From positions 12,834,001-12,898,000 of the forward strand of contig OZ024742.1 of the NCBI GenBank assembly GCA_964016885.1: a stretch of 64,000 nucleotides of DNA. Reading direction: 5' to 3'. Positions 10,501 through 25,500 of the stretch are shown one piece after another. Origin of the DNA: Eledone cirrhosa (taxonomy: Eukaryota). The stretch's first letter is position 1; the number at the start of each line of letters is the position of its first letter. The position numbers were made by a program, and so were the translations under genes. Under the pieces are notes generated by a model. That model was not told the DNA's origin, searched no databases, and saw only the letters and a program-made list of their open reading frames with translations.

Positions 10501-13500
10501 AATATGTCTGCCACCTTAACTATGTTTACTAAATTAATAGTATGTCGGCCACCTTAACTATGTTTACTAAATTAATAATATGTCTGCCACCTTAACTATG
10601 TTTACTAAATTAAAAAAATGACTTCCACCTTAACTATGTTTTCTAAATTAATAATATGTCGGTCAACTTAACTATGTTTAATAAATTAATAGTATATCTG
10701 TCACCTTAACTATGTTTACTAAATTAATAATATGTATGTCACCTTAACTATGTTTACTAAATTAATAATATGTGTGTCACCTTAATAATGTTTTCTAAAT
10801 TAATAATATTTCGGTCAACTTAACTATGTTTAATTAATTAATAATATCTCTGTCACCTTAACTATGTTCACTAAATTTAAAATATGTCTGCCACCTAACT
10901 ATGTTTGCTAAATTAATAATATGTCTGTCACCTTAACTATGTTTTCTAAGTTAATAATATGTCTGCCACCTTAACTATGTGTACTAAATTAATAGTATGT
11001 CTGTCACCTTAACTATGTTTACTAAATTAATAATATGTCTGTCACCTTAACTATGTTTACTAAATTAATAATATGTCTGCCACCTTAACTATGTTTTCTA
11101 AATTAATAATATGCCTGCCACCTTAACTATGTTTTCTAAATTAATAATATGTCGGTCAACTTAAATATGTTTAATAAATTAATAGTATGTCTGTCACCTT
11201 AACAATGTTTACTAAATTAATAATATGTCTGTCACCTTAACAATGTTTTCTAAAGTAAAAATATGTCGGTCAACTTAAATATGTTTAATAAATTAATAAT
11301 ATGTCTGTCACCTTAACTATGTTTACTAAATTAAAAATATGACTTCCACCTTAACTATGTTTTCTAAAGTAATAATATGTCTGTCAGCTTGACTATGTTT
11401 ACTAAATTAATAATATGTCTGTCACCTTAACTATGCTTTCTAAATTAATAATATATCTGCTACCTTAAAGATGTTTACTAAATTAATAGTATGTCTGCCA
11501 CCTTAACTATGTTTACTAAATTAATAGTATGTCTGTCACCTTAACTATGTTTACTAAATTAAAAATATGTCTTCCACTTTAACTGTGTTTTCTAAATTAA
11601 TAATATGTCGGTCGACTTAACTATGTTTAATAAATTAATAGTATGTCTGCCACTTAACTATGTTTACTAAATTAATAATATGTCTGCCAACTTAACTATG
11701 TTTTCTAAATTAATAATATGTCTACCACCTTAACTATGTTTTCTAAATTAATAATATGTCGGTCAATTTAACTATGTTTACTAAATTAATAGTATGTCTG
11801 TCACCTTAACTATGTTTACTAAATTAAAAATATGACTTCCATTTTAACTATGTTTTCTAAATTAATAATATGTCGGTCATCTTAACTATGTTTAATAAAT
11901 TAATAGTATGTCTGTCACCTTAAATATGTTTACTAAATTAATAATATGTATGTCACCTTAACTATGTTTACTAAATTAATAATATGTCTGTCACCTTAAT
12001 AATGTTTTCTAAATTAATAATATGTCTGCCATCTTAACTATGTTTACTAAATTAATAATATGTCTGTCACCTTAACTATATTTACTAAATTAATAACATG
12101 TCTGTCACCTTAACTATGTTTTCTAAATTAATAATATGTCTGCCATTTTAACTATGTTTACTAAATTAATAATATGTCTGTCACATTAACTATGTTTACT
12201 AAATAATTAGTATGTCTGTCACCGTAACTATGTTTACTAAATTAATAATATGTCTGTTACCTTAATATTGTTTTCTAAATTAATAATATGTCTGCCACCT
12301 TAACTATGTTTTCTAAATTAATAATATGTCGGTCGACTTAACTATGTTTAATAAATTAATAGTATGTCTGCCACTTAACTATGTTTACTAAATTAATAAT
12401 ATGTCTGCCAACTTAACTATGTTTTCTAAATTAATAATATGTCTACCACCTTAACTATGTTTTCTAAATTAATAATATGTCGGTCAATTTAACTATGTTT
12501 ACTAAATTAATAGTATGTCTGTCACCTTAACTATGTTTACTAAATTAATAGTATGTCGGCCACCTTAACTATGTTTACTAAATTAATAATATGTCTGCCA
12601 CCTTAACTATGTTTACTAAATTAAAAAAATGACTTCCACCTTAACTATGTTTTCTAAATTAATAATATGTCGGTCAACTTAACTATGTTTAATAAATTAA
12701 TAGTATATCTGTCACCTTAACTATGTTTACTAAATTAATAATATGTCTGTCACCTTAACTATGTTTACTAAATTAATAATATGTGTGTCACCTTAATAAT
12801 GTTTTCTAAATTAATAATATTTCGATCAACTTAACTATGTTTAATTAATTAATAATATCTCTGTCACATTAACTATGTTCACTAAATTTAAAATATGTCT
12901 GCCACCTAACTATGTTTGCTAAATTAATAATATGTCTGTCACCTTAACTATGTTTTCTAAGTTAATAATATGTCTGCCACCTTAACTATGTGTACTAAAT
13001 TAATAGTATGTCTGTCACCTTAACTATGTTTACTAAATTAATAATATGTCTGTCACCTTAACTATGTTTACTAAATTAATAATATGTCTGCCACCTTAAC
13101 TATGTTTTCTAAATTAATAATATGCCTGCCACCTTAACTATGTTTTCTAAATTAATAATATGTCGGTCAACTTAAATATGTTTAATAAATTAATAGTATG
13201 TCTGTCACCTTAACTATGTTTACTAAATTAATAATATGTCTGTCACCTTAACTATGTTTTCTAAAGTAATAATATGTCGGTCAACTTAAATATGTTTAAT
13301 AAATTAATAATATGTCTGTCACCTTAACTATGTTTACTAAATAATTAGTATGTCTGTCACCGTAACTATGTTTACTAAATTAATAATATGTCTGCCACCT
13401 TAACTATGTTTTCTAAATTAATAATATGCCTGCCACCTTAACTATGTTTTCTAAATTAATAATATGTCGGTCAACTTAACTATGTTTAATAAATTAATAG

Positions 13501-16500
13501 TATGTCTGTCAACTTAACTATGTTTACTAAATTAATAATATGTCTGTCACCTTAACTATGTTTACTAAATTAATAATATGTCTGTCAGGTTAACTATGTT
13601 TACTAAATTAATAATATGTCTGTCACCTTAACTATGTTTTCTAAATTAATAATATGTCTGCTACCTTAAAGATGTTTACTAAATTAATAGAATGTCTGCC
13701 ACCTTAACTATGTTTACTAAATTAATAGTATGTCTGTCAGCTTAACTATGTTTACTAAATTACAAATATGTCTTCCACTTTAACTGTGTTTTCTAAATTA
13801 ATAATATGTCGGTCAACTTAACTATGTTTAATAAATTAATAGTTTGTCTGTCACCTTAACTATGTTAACTAAATTAATAATATGTCTGCCAACTTAACTG
13901 TTTTCTAAATTAATAATATGTCTACCAACTTAACTATGTTTTCTAAATTAATAATATGTCGGTCAACTTAACTATGTTTAATAAATTAATAGTATGTCTG
14001 TCACCTTAACTAAGTTTACTAAATTAATAATATGTCTGTCACCTTAACTATGTTTACTAAATTAATAATATGTCTGTCACCTTAATAATGTTTTCTAAAT
14101 TAATGATATGTCTGCCATCTTCACTATGTTTACTAAATTAATAATATGTCGGTTAACTTAACTATGTTTAATAAATTAATAATATCTCTGTCACCTTAAC
14201 TATGTTTACTAAACTAAAAATATGTCTGCCACCTAACTATGTTTACTAAATTAATAATATGTCTGTCACCTTAACTATGTTTTCTAAATTAATAATATGT
14301 CTGCCACCTTAAATATGTTTACTAAATTAATAATATGTCTGCCACCTTAACTATGTTTTCTAATTTAATAATATGTCTGTCACCTTAATAATGTTTTCTA
14401 AATTAATAATATGTCTGCCACCTTAACTATGTTTACTAAATTAATAGTATGTCGGCCACCTTAACTATGTTTACTAAATTAATAATATGTCTGCCACCTT
14501 AACTATGTTTACTAAATTAAAAAAATGACCTCCACCTTAACTATGTTTTCTAAATTAATAATATGTCGGTCAACTTAACTATGTTTAATAAATTAATAGT
14601 ATATCTGTCACCTTAACTATGTTTACTAAATTAATAATATGTCTGTCACCTTAACTATGTTTACTAAATTAATAATATGTGTGTCACCTTAATAATGTTT
14701 TCTAAATTAATAATATTTCGGTCAACTTAACTATGTTTAATTAATTAATAATATCTCTGTCACCTTAACTATGTTCACTAAATTTAAAATATGTCTGCCA
14801 CCTAACTATGTTTGCTAAATTAATAATATGTCTGTCACCTTAACTATGTTTTCTAAGTTAATAATATGTCTGCCACCTTAACTATGTGTACTAAATTAAT
14901 AGTATGTCTGTCACCTTAACTATGTTTACTAAATTAATAATATGTCGGTCAACTTAAATATGTTTAATAAATTAATAGTATGTCTGTCACCTTAACTATG
15001 TTTACTAAATTAATAATATGTCTGTCACCTTAACTATGTTTTCTAAAGTAATAATATGTCGGTCAACTTAAATATGTTTAATAAATTAATAATATGTCTG
15101 TCACCTTAACTATGTTTACTAAATTAAAAATATGACTTCCACCTTAACTATGTTTTCTAAAGTAATAATATGTCGGTCAATTTAAATATGTTTAATAAAT
15201 TAATAATATGCCTGTCACCTTAACTATGTTTACTAAATTAATAATATGTCTGTCAGCTTGACTATGTTTACTAAATTAATAATATGTCTGTCACCTTAAC
15301 TATGCTTTCTAAATTAATAATATATCTGCTACCTTAAAGATGTTTACTAAATTAATAGTATGTCTGCCACCTTAACTATGTTTACTAAATTAATAGTATG
15401 TCTGTCACCTTAACTATGTTTACTAAATTAAAAATATGTCTTCCACTTTAACTGTGTTTTCTAAATTAATAATATGTCGTTCGACTTAACTATGTTTAAT
15501 AAATTAATAGTATGTCTGCCACTTAACTATGTTTACTAAATTAATAATATGTCTGCCAACTTAACTATGTTTTCTAAATTAATAATATGTCTACCACCTT
15601 AACTATGTTTTCTAAATTAATAATATGTCGGTCAACTTAACTATGTTTAATAAATTAATAGTATGTCTGTCACCTTAACTAAGTTTACTAAATTAATAAT
15701 ATGTCTGTCACCTCAACTATGTTTACTAAATTAATAATATGTCTGTCACCTTAACTATGGCTTCTAAATTAATGATATGTCTGCCATCTTAACTATGTTT
15801 ACTAAATTAATAATATGTCTGTCACCTTAACTATTTTTACTAAATTAATAATATGTCTGTCACCTTAACTATGTTTTCTAAATTAATAATATGTCGGTCA
15901 ACTTAACTATGTTTAATAAATGAATAATATCTCTGTCACCTTAACTATGTTTTCTAAATTAATAATATGTCTGTCACCTTAATAATGTTTTCTAAATTAA
16001 TAATATGTCTGCCAACTTAACTATGTTTACTAAATTAATAATATGTCTCTCACCTTAACTATGTTTACTAAATTAATAATATGTCTGTCACCTTAACTAT
16101 GTTTTCTAAATTAATAATATGTCGGCTACCTTAATCATGTTTACTAAATTAATAGTATGTCTGTCACCTTAACTATATTTACTAAATTAATAGTATGTCT
16201 GTCAACTTAACTATGTTTACTAAATTAATATTATGTCTGTCACCTTAACTATGTTTACTAAATTAATAATATTTCTGTCACCTTAACTAAGTTTACTAAA
16301 TTAATAATATGTCTGTCACCTTAACTATGTTTACTAAATTAATAATATGTCTGTCACCTTAATAATGTTTTCTAAATTAATTATATGTCTGCCATCTTAA
16401 CTATGTTTACTAAATTAATAATATGTCTGTCACCTTAACTATGTTTACTAAATTAATAATATGTTTGTCACCTTAACTATGTTTTCTAAATTAATAATAT

Positions 16501-19500
16501 GTCGGTCAACCTGACTATGTTCAATAAATTAATAAGATCTCTGTCACCTTAACTATGTTTTCTAAATTAATACTATGTCTGTCAACTTAATAATGTTTTC
16601 TAAATTAATAATATGTCTGCCACCTTAACTATGTTTACTAAATTAATAGTATGTCGGCCACATTAACTATGTTTACTAAATTAATAATATGTCTGCCACC
16701 TTAACTATGTTTACTAAATTAAAAATATGACTTCCACCTTAACTATGTTTTCTAAATTAATAATATGTCAGTCAAGTTAACTATGTTTAATAAATTAATA
16801 GTATGTCTGTCACCTTAACTATGTTTACTAAATTAATAATATGTGTGTCACCTTATTAATGTTTTCTAAATCAATAATATGTCGGTCAACTTAACTATGT
16901 TTAATTAATTAATAATGTCTCTGTCACCTTAACTATGTTTACTAAATTAATAGTATGTCTGTCACCTTAACTATGTTTACTAAATTAAAAATATGTCTTC
17001 CAGTTTAACTATGTTTTCTAAATTTAATAATATGTCGGTCAGCTTAACTATGTTTAATAAATTAATAGTATATCTGTCACCTTAACTATGTTTACTAAAT
17101 TAATAATATGTCTGTCACCTTAACTATGTTTACTAAATTAATAATATGTCTGCCACCTTAACTATGTTTACTAAATTAATAATATGTCTGCCAGATTAAC
17201 TATGTTTACTAAATTAAAAATATGACTTCCACCTTAACTATGTTTTCTAAATTAATAATATGTCGGTCAACTTAACTATGTTTAATAAATTAATAGTATG
17301 TCTGTCACCTTAACTATGTTTACTAAATTAATAATATGTCTGTCACCTTAACTATGTTTACTAAATTAATAATATATGTGTCACCTTAATAATGTTTTCT
17401 AAATTAATAATATGTCGGTCAACTTAACTATGTTTAATTAATTAATAATATCTCTGTCACCATAACTATGTTTACTAAATTAAAAATATGTCTGCCACCT
17501 AACTATGTTTACTAAATTAATAATATGTCTGTCACGTTAACTATGTTTTCTAAATTAATAATATGTCTGCCACCTTAACTATGTTTACTAAATTAATAGT
17601 ATGTCGGCCACCTTAACTATGTTTACTAAATTAATAGTATGTCTGTCACCTTAACTATGTTTACTAAATTAAAAATATGACTTCCACCTTAACTATGTTT
17701 TCTAAATTAATAATATGTCGGTCAACTTAACTATGTTTCATAAAATAATAGTATGTCTGTCACCTTAACTATGTTTACTAAATTAATAATATGTCTGCCA
17801 CCTTAACTATGTTTACTAAATTAATAATATGTCTGCCACCTTAACTATGTTTAGTAAATTTAAAATATGACTTCCACCTTAACTATGTTTTCTAAATTAA
17901 TAATATGTCGGTCAACTTAACTATGTTTAATAAATTAATCGTATGTCTGTCACCTTAACTATGTTTACTAAATTAATAATATGTCTGTCACCTTAACTAT
18001 GTTTTCTAAATTAATAATATGTCGGCTACCTTAATCATGTTTACTAAATTAATAGTATGTCTGTCACCTTAACTATGTTTACTAAATTAATAGTATGTCT
18101 GTTACCTTAACTATGTTTACTAAATTAATAATATGTCTGCCACCTTAACTATGTTTTCTTAATTAATAATATGTCGGTCAACTTAACTATGTTTAATAAA
18201 TTAATAATATTCTGTCACCTTAAATATGTTTACTAAATTAAAAATATGTCTGCCACCTAACTATGTTTACTAAATTAATAATATGTCTGTCACCTTAACT
18301 ATGTTTTCTAAATTAATAATGTCTGCTACCTTAACTATGTTTACTAAATTAATACTATGTCTGCCGCCTTAACTATGTTTTCTAAATTAATAATATCTCT
18401 GTCACCTTAATAATGTTTTCTAAATTAATAATATGTCTGCCACCTTAATAATGCTTTCTAAATTTAATAATATGTCGGTCAACTTAACTATGTTTAATAA
18501 ATTAATAGTATATCTGTCACCTTAACTATGTTTACTAAAATTAAAAATATGTCTGTCACCTTAACTATGTTTACTAAATTAATAATATGTCTGCCACCTT
18601 ACCTATGTTTACTAAATTAATAATATGTCTGCCACCTTAACTATGTTTACTAAATTAAAAATATGACTTCCACTTTAACTGTTTTCTAAATTAATAATAT
18701 GTCGGTCAACTTAACTATGTTTAATAAATTAATAGTATGTCTATCACCTTAACTATGTTTACTAAATTAATAATATGTCTGTCATCTTAACTATGTTTAC
18801 TAAATTAATAATATGTGTCACCTTAATAATGTTTTCTAAATTAATAATATGTCGGTCAACTTAACTATGTTTAATAAATTAATAGTATGAATTAATTATG
18901 TTTACAAAATTAATAATATGTCTGCCAACTTAACTATGTTTTCTAAATTAATAATATGTCTACCACCTTAACTATGTTTTCTAAATTAATAATATGTCGG
19001 TCAACTTAACTATGTTTAATAAATTAATAGTATGTCTCTCACCTTAACTAAGTTTACTAAATTAATAATATGTCTGTCACCTTAACTATGTTTACTAAAT
19101 TAATAATATGTCTGTCACCTTAATAATGTTTTCTAAATTAATGATATGTCTGCCACCTTAACTATGTTTACTAAATTAATAATATGTCTGTCACGTTAAC
19201 TATGTTTTCTAAATTAATAATATGTCTGTCACCTTAACTATGTTTTCTTAATTAATAATATGTCGGTCAACTTAACTATGTTTACTAAATTAATAATATC
19301 TCTGTCACCTTAACTATGTTTTCTAAATTAATAATATGTCTGTCACCTTAATAATCTTTTGTAAATTAATAATATGTCTGCCACCTTAACTATGTTTACT
19401 AAATTAATAATATGTCTGTCACCTTAACTATGTTTACTAAATTAATAATATATGTGTCACCTTAATAATGTTTTCTAAATTAATAATATGTCGGTCAACT

Positions 19501-22500
19501 TAACTATGTTTAATTAATTAATAATATCTCTGTCACCATAACTATGTTTACTAAATTAAAAATATGTCCGCCACCTAACTATGTTTACTAAATTAATAAT
19601 ATGTCTGTCACGTTAACTATGTTTTGTAAATTAATAATATGTCTGCCACCTTAACTATGTTTACTAAATTAATAGTATGTCGGCCACCTTAACTATGTTT
19701 ACTAAATTAATAGTATGTCTGTCACCTTAACTATGTTTACTAAATTAAAAATATGACTTCCACCTTAACTATGTTTTCTAAATTAATAATATGTCGGTCA
19801 ACTTAACTATGTTTAATAAATTAATAGTATGTCTGTCACCTTAACTATGTTTACTAAATTAATAATATGTCTGCCACCTTAACTATGTTTACTAAATTAT
19901 TAATATGTCTGCCACCTTAACTATGTTTAGTAAATTTAAAATATGACTTCCACCTTAACTATGTTTTCTAAATTAATAATATGTCGGTCAACTTAACTAT
20001 GTTTAATAAATTAATAGTATGTCTGTCACCTTAACTATGTTTACTAAATTAATAATATGTCTGTCACCTTAACTATGTTTTCTAAATTAATAATAAATCT
20101 GTCAACTTAACTATGATTTCTTAATTAATAATATGTCTGTCACCTTAACAATGTTTACTAAATTAATAATATGTCTGTCACCTTAACTATGTTTTCTAAA
20201 TTAATAATATGTCGGCTACCTTAATCATGTTTACTAAATTAATAGTATGTCTGTCACCTTAACTATGTTTACTAAATTAATAGTATGTCTGTCACCTTAA
20301 CTATGTTTACTAAATTAATAATATGTCTGCCACCTTAACTATGTTTTCTAAATTAATAATATGTCGGTCAACTTAACTATGTTTAATAAATTAATAATAT
20401 TCTGTCACCTTAAATATGTTTGCTAAATTAAAAATATGTCTGCCACCTAACTATGTTTACTAAATTAATAATATGTCTGTCACCTTAACTATGTTTTCTA
20501 AATTAATAATGTCTGCCACCTTAACTATGTTTACTAAATTAATACTATGTCTGCCGCCTTAACTATGTTTTCTAAATTAATAATATGTCTGTCACCTTAA
20601 TAATGTTTTCTAAATTAATAATATGTCTGCCACCTTAATAATGCTTTCTAAATTTAATAATATGTCGGTCAACTTAACTATGTTTAATAAATTAATAGTA
20701 TATCTGTCACCTTAACTATGTTTACTGATTTAAAAATAGGTCTGTCACCTTAACTATGTTTACTAAATTAATAATATGTCTGCCACCTTAACTATGTTTA
20801 CTAAATTAATAGTCTGTCTGTCACCTTAACTATGTTTACTAAATTAAAAATATGTCTTCCAATTTAACTATGTTTTCTAAATGTAATAATATGTCAGTCA
20901 ACTTAACTATGTTTAATAAATTAATAGTATATCTGTCACCTTAACTATGTTTACTAAATTAAAAATATGTCTGCCACCTTAACTATGTTTACTAAATTAA
21001 TAATATGTCTGCCACCTTAACTATGTTTACTAAATTAAAAATATGACTTCCACTTTAACTGTTTTCTAAATTAATAATATGTCGGTCAACTTAACTATGT
21101 TTAATAAATTAATAGTATGTCTATCACCTTAACTATGTTTACTAAATTAATAATATGTCTGTCATCTTAACTATGTTTACTAAATTAATAATATGTGTCA
21201 CCTTAATAATGTTTTCTAAATTAATAATATGTCGGTCAACTTAACTATGTTTAATAAATTAATAGTATAAATTAATTATGTTTACAAAATTAATAATATG
21301 TCTGCCAACTTAACTATGTTTTCTAAATTAATAATATGTCTACCACCTTAACTATGTTTTCTAAATTAATAATATGTCGGTCAACTTAACTATGTTTAAT
21401 AAATTAATAGTATGTCTCTCACCTTAACTAAGTTTACTAAATTAATAATATGTCTGTCACCTTAACTATGTTTACTAAATTAATAATATGTCTGTCACCT
21501 TAATAATGTTTTCTAAATTAATGATATGTCTGCCACCTTAACTATGTTTACTAAATTAATAATATGTCTGTCACGTTAACTATGTTTTCTAAATTAATAA
21601 TATGTCTGTCACCTTAACTATGTTTTCTTAATTAATAATATGTCGGTCAACTTAACTATGTTTACTAAATTAATAATATCTCTGTCACCTTAACTATGTT
21701 TTCTAAATTAATAATATGTCTGTCACCTTAATAATCTTTTGTAAATTAATAATATGTCTGCCACCTTAACTATGTTTACTAAATTAATAATATGTCTGTC
21801 ACTTTAACTATGTTTACTAAATTAATAATATATGTGTCACCTTAATAATGTTTTCTAAATTAATAATATGTCGGTCAACTTAACTATGTTTAATTAATTA
21901 ATAATATCTCTGTCACCATAACTATGTTTACTAAATTAAAAATATGTCCGCCACCTAACTATGTTTACTAAATTAATAATATGTCTGTCACGTTAACTAT
22001 GTTTTCTAAATTAATAATATGTCTGCCACCTTAACTATGTTTACTAAATTAAGAGTATGTCGGCCACCTTAACTATGTTTACTAAATTAATAGTATGTCT
22101 GTCACCTTAACTATGTTTACTAAATTAAAAATATGACTTCCACCTTAACTATGTTTTCTAAATTAATAATATGTCGGTCAACTTAACTATGTTTAATAAA
22201 TTAATAGTATGTCTGTCACCTTAACTATGTTTACTAAATTAATAATATGTCTGCCACCTTAACTATGTTTACTAAATTAATAATACGTCTGCCACCTTAA
22301 CTATGTTTAGTAAATTTAAAATATGACTTCCACCTTAACTATGTTTTCTAAATTAATAATATGTCGGTCAACTTAACTATGTTTAATAAATTAATAGTAT
22401 GTCTGTCACCTTAACTATGTTTACTAAATTAATAATATGTCTGTCACCTTAACTATGTTTTCTAAATTAATAATAAATCTGTCAACTTAACTATGATTTC

Positions 22501-25500
22501 TTAATTAATAATATGTCTGTCACCTTAACAATGTTTACTAAATTAATAATATGTCTGTCACCTTAACTATGTTTTCTAAATTAATAATATGTCGGCTACC
22601 TTAATCATGTTTACTAAATTAATAGTATGTCTGTTACCTTAACTATGTTTACTAAATTAATAGTATGTCTGTCACCTTAACTATGTTTACTAAATTAATA
22701 ATATGTCTGCCACCTTAACTATGTTTTCTAAATTAATAATATGTCGGTCAACTTAACTATGTTTAATAAATTAATAATATTCTGTCACCTTAAATATGTT
22801 TACTAAATTAAAAATATGTCTGCCACCTAACTATGTTTACTAAATTAATAATATGTCTGTCACCTTAACTATGTTTTCTAAATTAATAATGTCTGCCACC
22901 TTAACTATGTTTACTAAATTAATACTATGTCTGCCGCCTTAACTATGTTTTCTAAATTAATAATATGTCTGTCACCTTAATAATGTTTTCTAAATTAATA
23001 ATATGTCTGCCACCTTAATAATGCTTTCTAAATTTAATAATATGTCGGTCAACTTAACTATGTTTAATAAATTAATAGTATATCTGTCACCTTAACTATG
23101 TTTACTAAATTAAAAATAGGTCTGTCACCTTAACTATGTTTACTAAATTAATAATATGTCTGCCACCTTAACTATGTTTACTAAATTAATAGTCTGTCTG
23201 TCACCTTAACTATGTTTACTAAATTAAAAATATGTCTTCCAATTTAACTATGTTTTCTAAATTTAATAATATGTCAGTCAACTTAACTATGTTTAATAAA
23301 TTAATAGTATATCTGTCACCTTAACTATGTTTACTAAATTAAAAATATGTCTGTCACCTTAACTATGTTTACTAAATTAATAATATGTCTGCCACCTTAA
23401 CTATGTTTACTAAATTAATAATATGTCTGCCACCTTAACTATGTTTACTAAATTAAAAATATGACTTCCACTTTAACTGTTTTCTAAATTAATAATATGT
23501 CGGTCAACTTAACTATGTTTAATAAATTAATAGTATGTCTGTCATCTTAACTATGTTTATTAAATTAATAATATGTCTGTCATCTTAACTATGTTTACTA
23601 AATTAATAATATATGTCACCTTAATAATGTTTTCTAAATTAATAATATGTCGGTCAACTTAACTATGTTTAATAAATTAATAGTATAAATTAACTATGTT
23701 TACAAAATTAATAATATGTCTGCCAACTTAACTATGTTTTCTAAATTAATAATATGTCTACCACCTTAACTATGTTTTCTAAATTAATAATATGTCGGTC
23801 AACTTAACTATGTTTAATAAATTAATAGTATGTCTGTCACCTTAACTAAGTTTACTAAATTAATAATATGTCTGTCACCTTAACTATGTTTACTAAATGA
23901 ATAATATGTCTGTCACCTTAATAATGTTTTCTAAATTAATGATATGTCTGCCACCTTAACTATGTTTACTAAATTAATAATATGTCTGTCACATTAACTA
24001 TGTTTTCTAAATTAATAATATGTCTGTCACCTTAACTATGTTTTCTTAATTAATAATATGTCGGTCAACTTAACTATGTTTACTAAATTAATAATATCTC
24101 TGTCACCTTAACTATGTTTTCTAAATTAATAATATGTCTGTCACCTTAATAATCTCTTCTAAATTAATAATATGTCTGGCACCTTATCTATGTTTACTAA
24201 ATTAATAGTATGTCGGCCACCTTAACTATGTTTACTAAATTAATAGTATGTCTGTCACCTTAACTAAGTTTACTAAATTAATAATATGTCTGTCACCTTA
24301 ATAATGTTTTCTAAATTAATAATATGTCTGCCACCTTAATAATGCTTTCTAAATTTAATAATATGTCGGTCAACTTAACTATGTTTAATAAATTAATAGT
24401 ATATCTGTCACCTTAACTATGTTTACTAAATTAAAAATAGGTCTGTCACCTTAACTATGTTTACTAAATTAATAATATGTCTGCCACCTTAACTATGTTT
24501 ACTAAATTAATATGTCTGCCACCTTAACTATGTTTACTAAACTAAAAATATGACTTCCACTTTAACTATGTTTTCTAAATTAATAATATGTCGGTCAACT
24601 TAACTATGTTTAATAAATTAATAGTATGTCTGTCACCTTAACTATGTTTAATAAATTAATAGTATGTCTGTCACCTTAACTATGTTTACTAAATTAATAA
24701 TATGTGTGTCACCTTAATAATGTTTTCTAAATTAATAATATGTCGGTCAACATTACTATGTTTAATTAATAAAATAATATCTCTGTCACCTTAACTATGT
24801 TTACTAAATTAAAAATATGTCTGCCACCTTATCTATGTTTACTAAATTAATAGTATGTCGGCCACCTTAACTATGTTTACTAAATTAATAGTCTGTCTGT
24901 CACCTTAACTATGTTTACTAAATTAAAAATATGTCTTCCAATTTAACTATGTTTTCTAAATTTAATAATATGTCAGTCAACTTAACTATGTTTAATAAAT
25001 TAATAGTATATCTGTCACCTTAACTATGTTTACTAAATTAAAAATATGTCTGTCACCTTAACTATGTTTACTAAATTAATAATATGTCTGCCACCTTAAC
25101 TATGTTTACTAAATTAATAATATGTCTGCCACCTTAACTTTGTTTACTAAATTAAAAATATGACTTCCACTTTAACTGTTTTCTAAATTAATAATATGTC
25201 GGTCAACTTAACTATGTTTAATAAATTAATAGTATGTCTGTCACCTTAACTATGTTTACTAAATTAATAATATGTCTGTCACCTTAACTATGTTTACTAA
25301 ATTAATAATATGTGTCACCTTAATAATGTTTTCTAAATTAATAATATGTCGGTCAACTTAACTATGTTTAATAAATTAATAGTATAAATTAACTATGTTT
25401 ACAAAATTAATAATATGTCTGCCAACTTAACTATGTTTTCTAAATTAATAATATGTCTACCACCTTAACTATGTTTTCTAAATTAATAATATGTCGGTCA

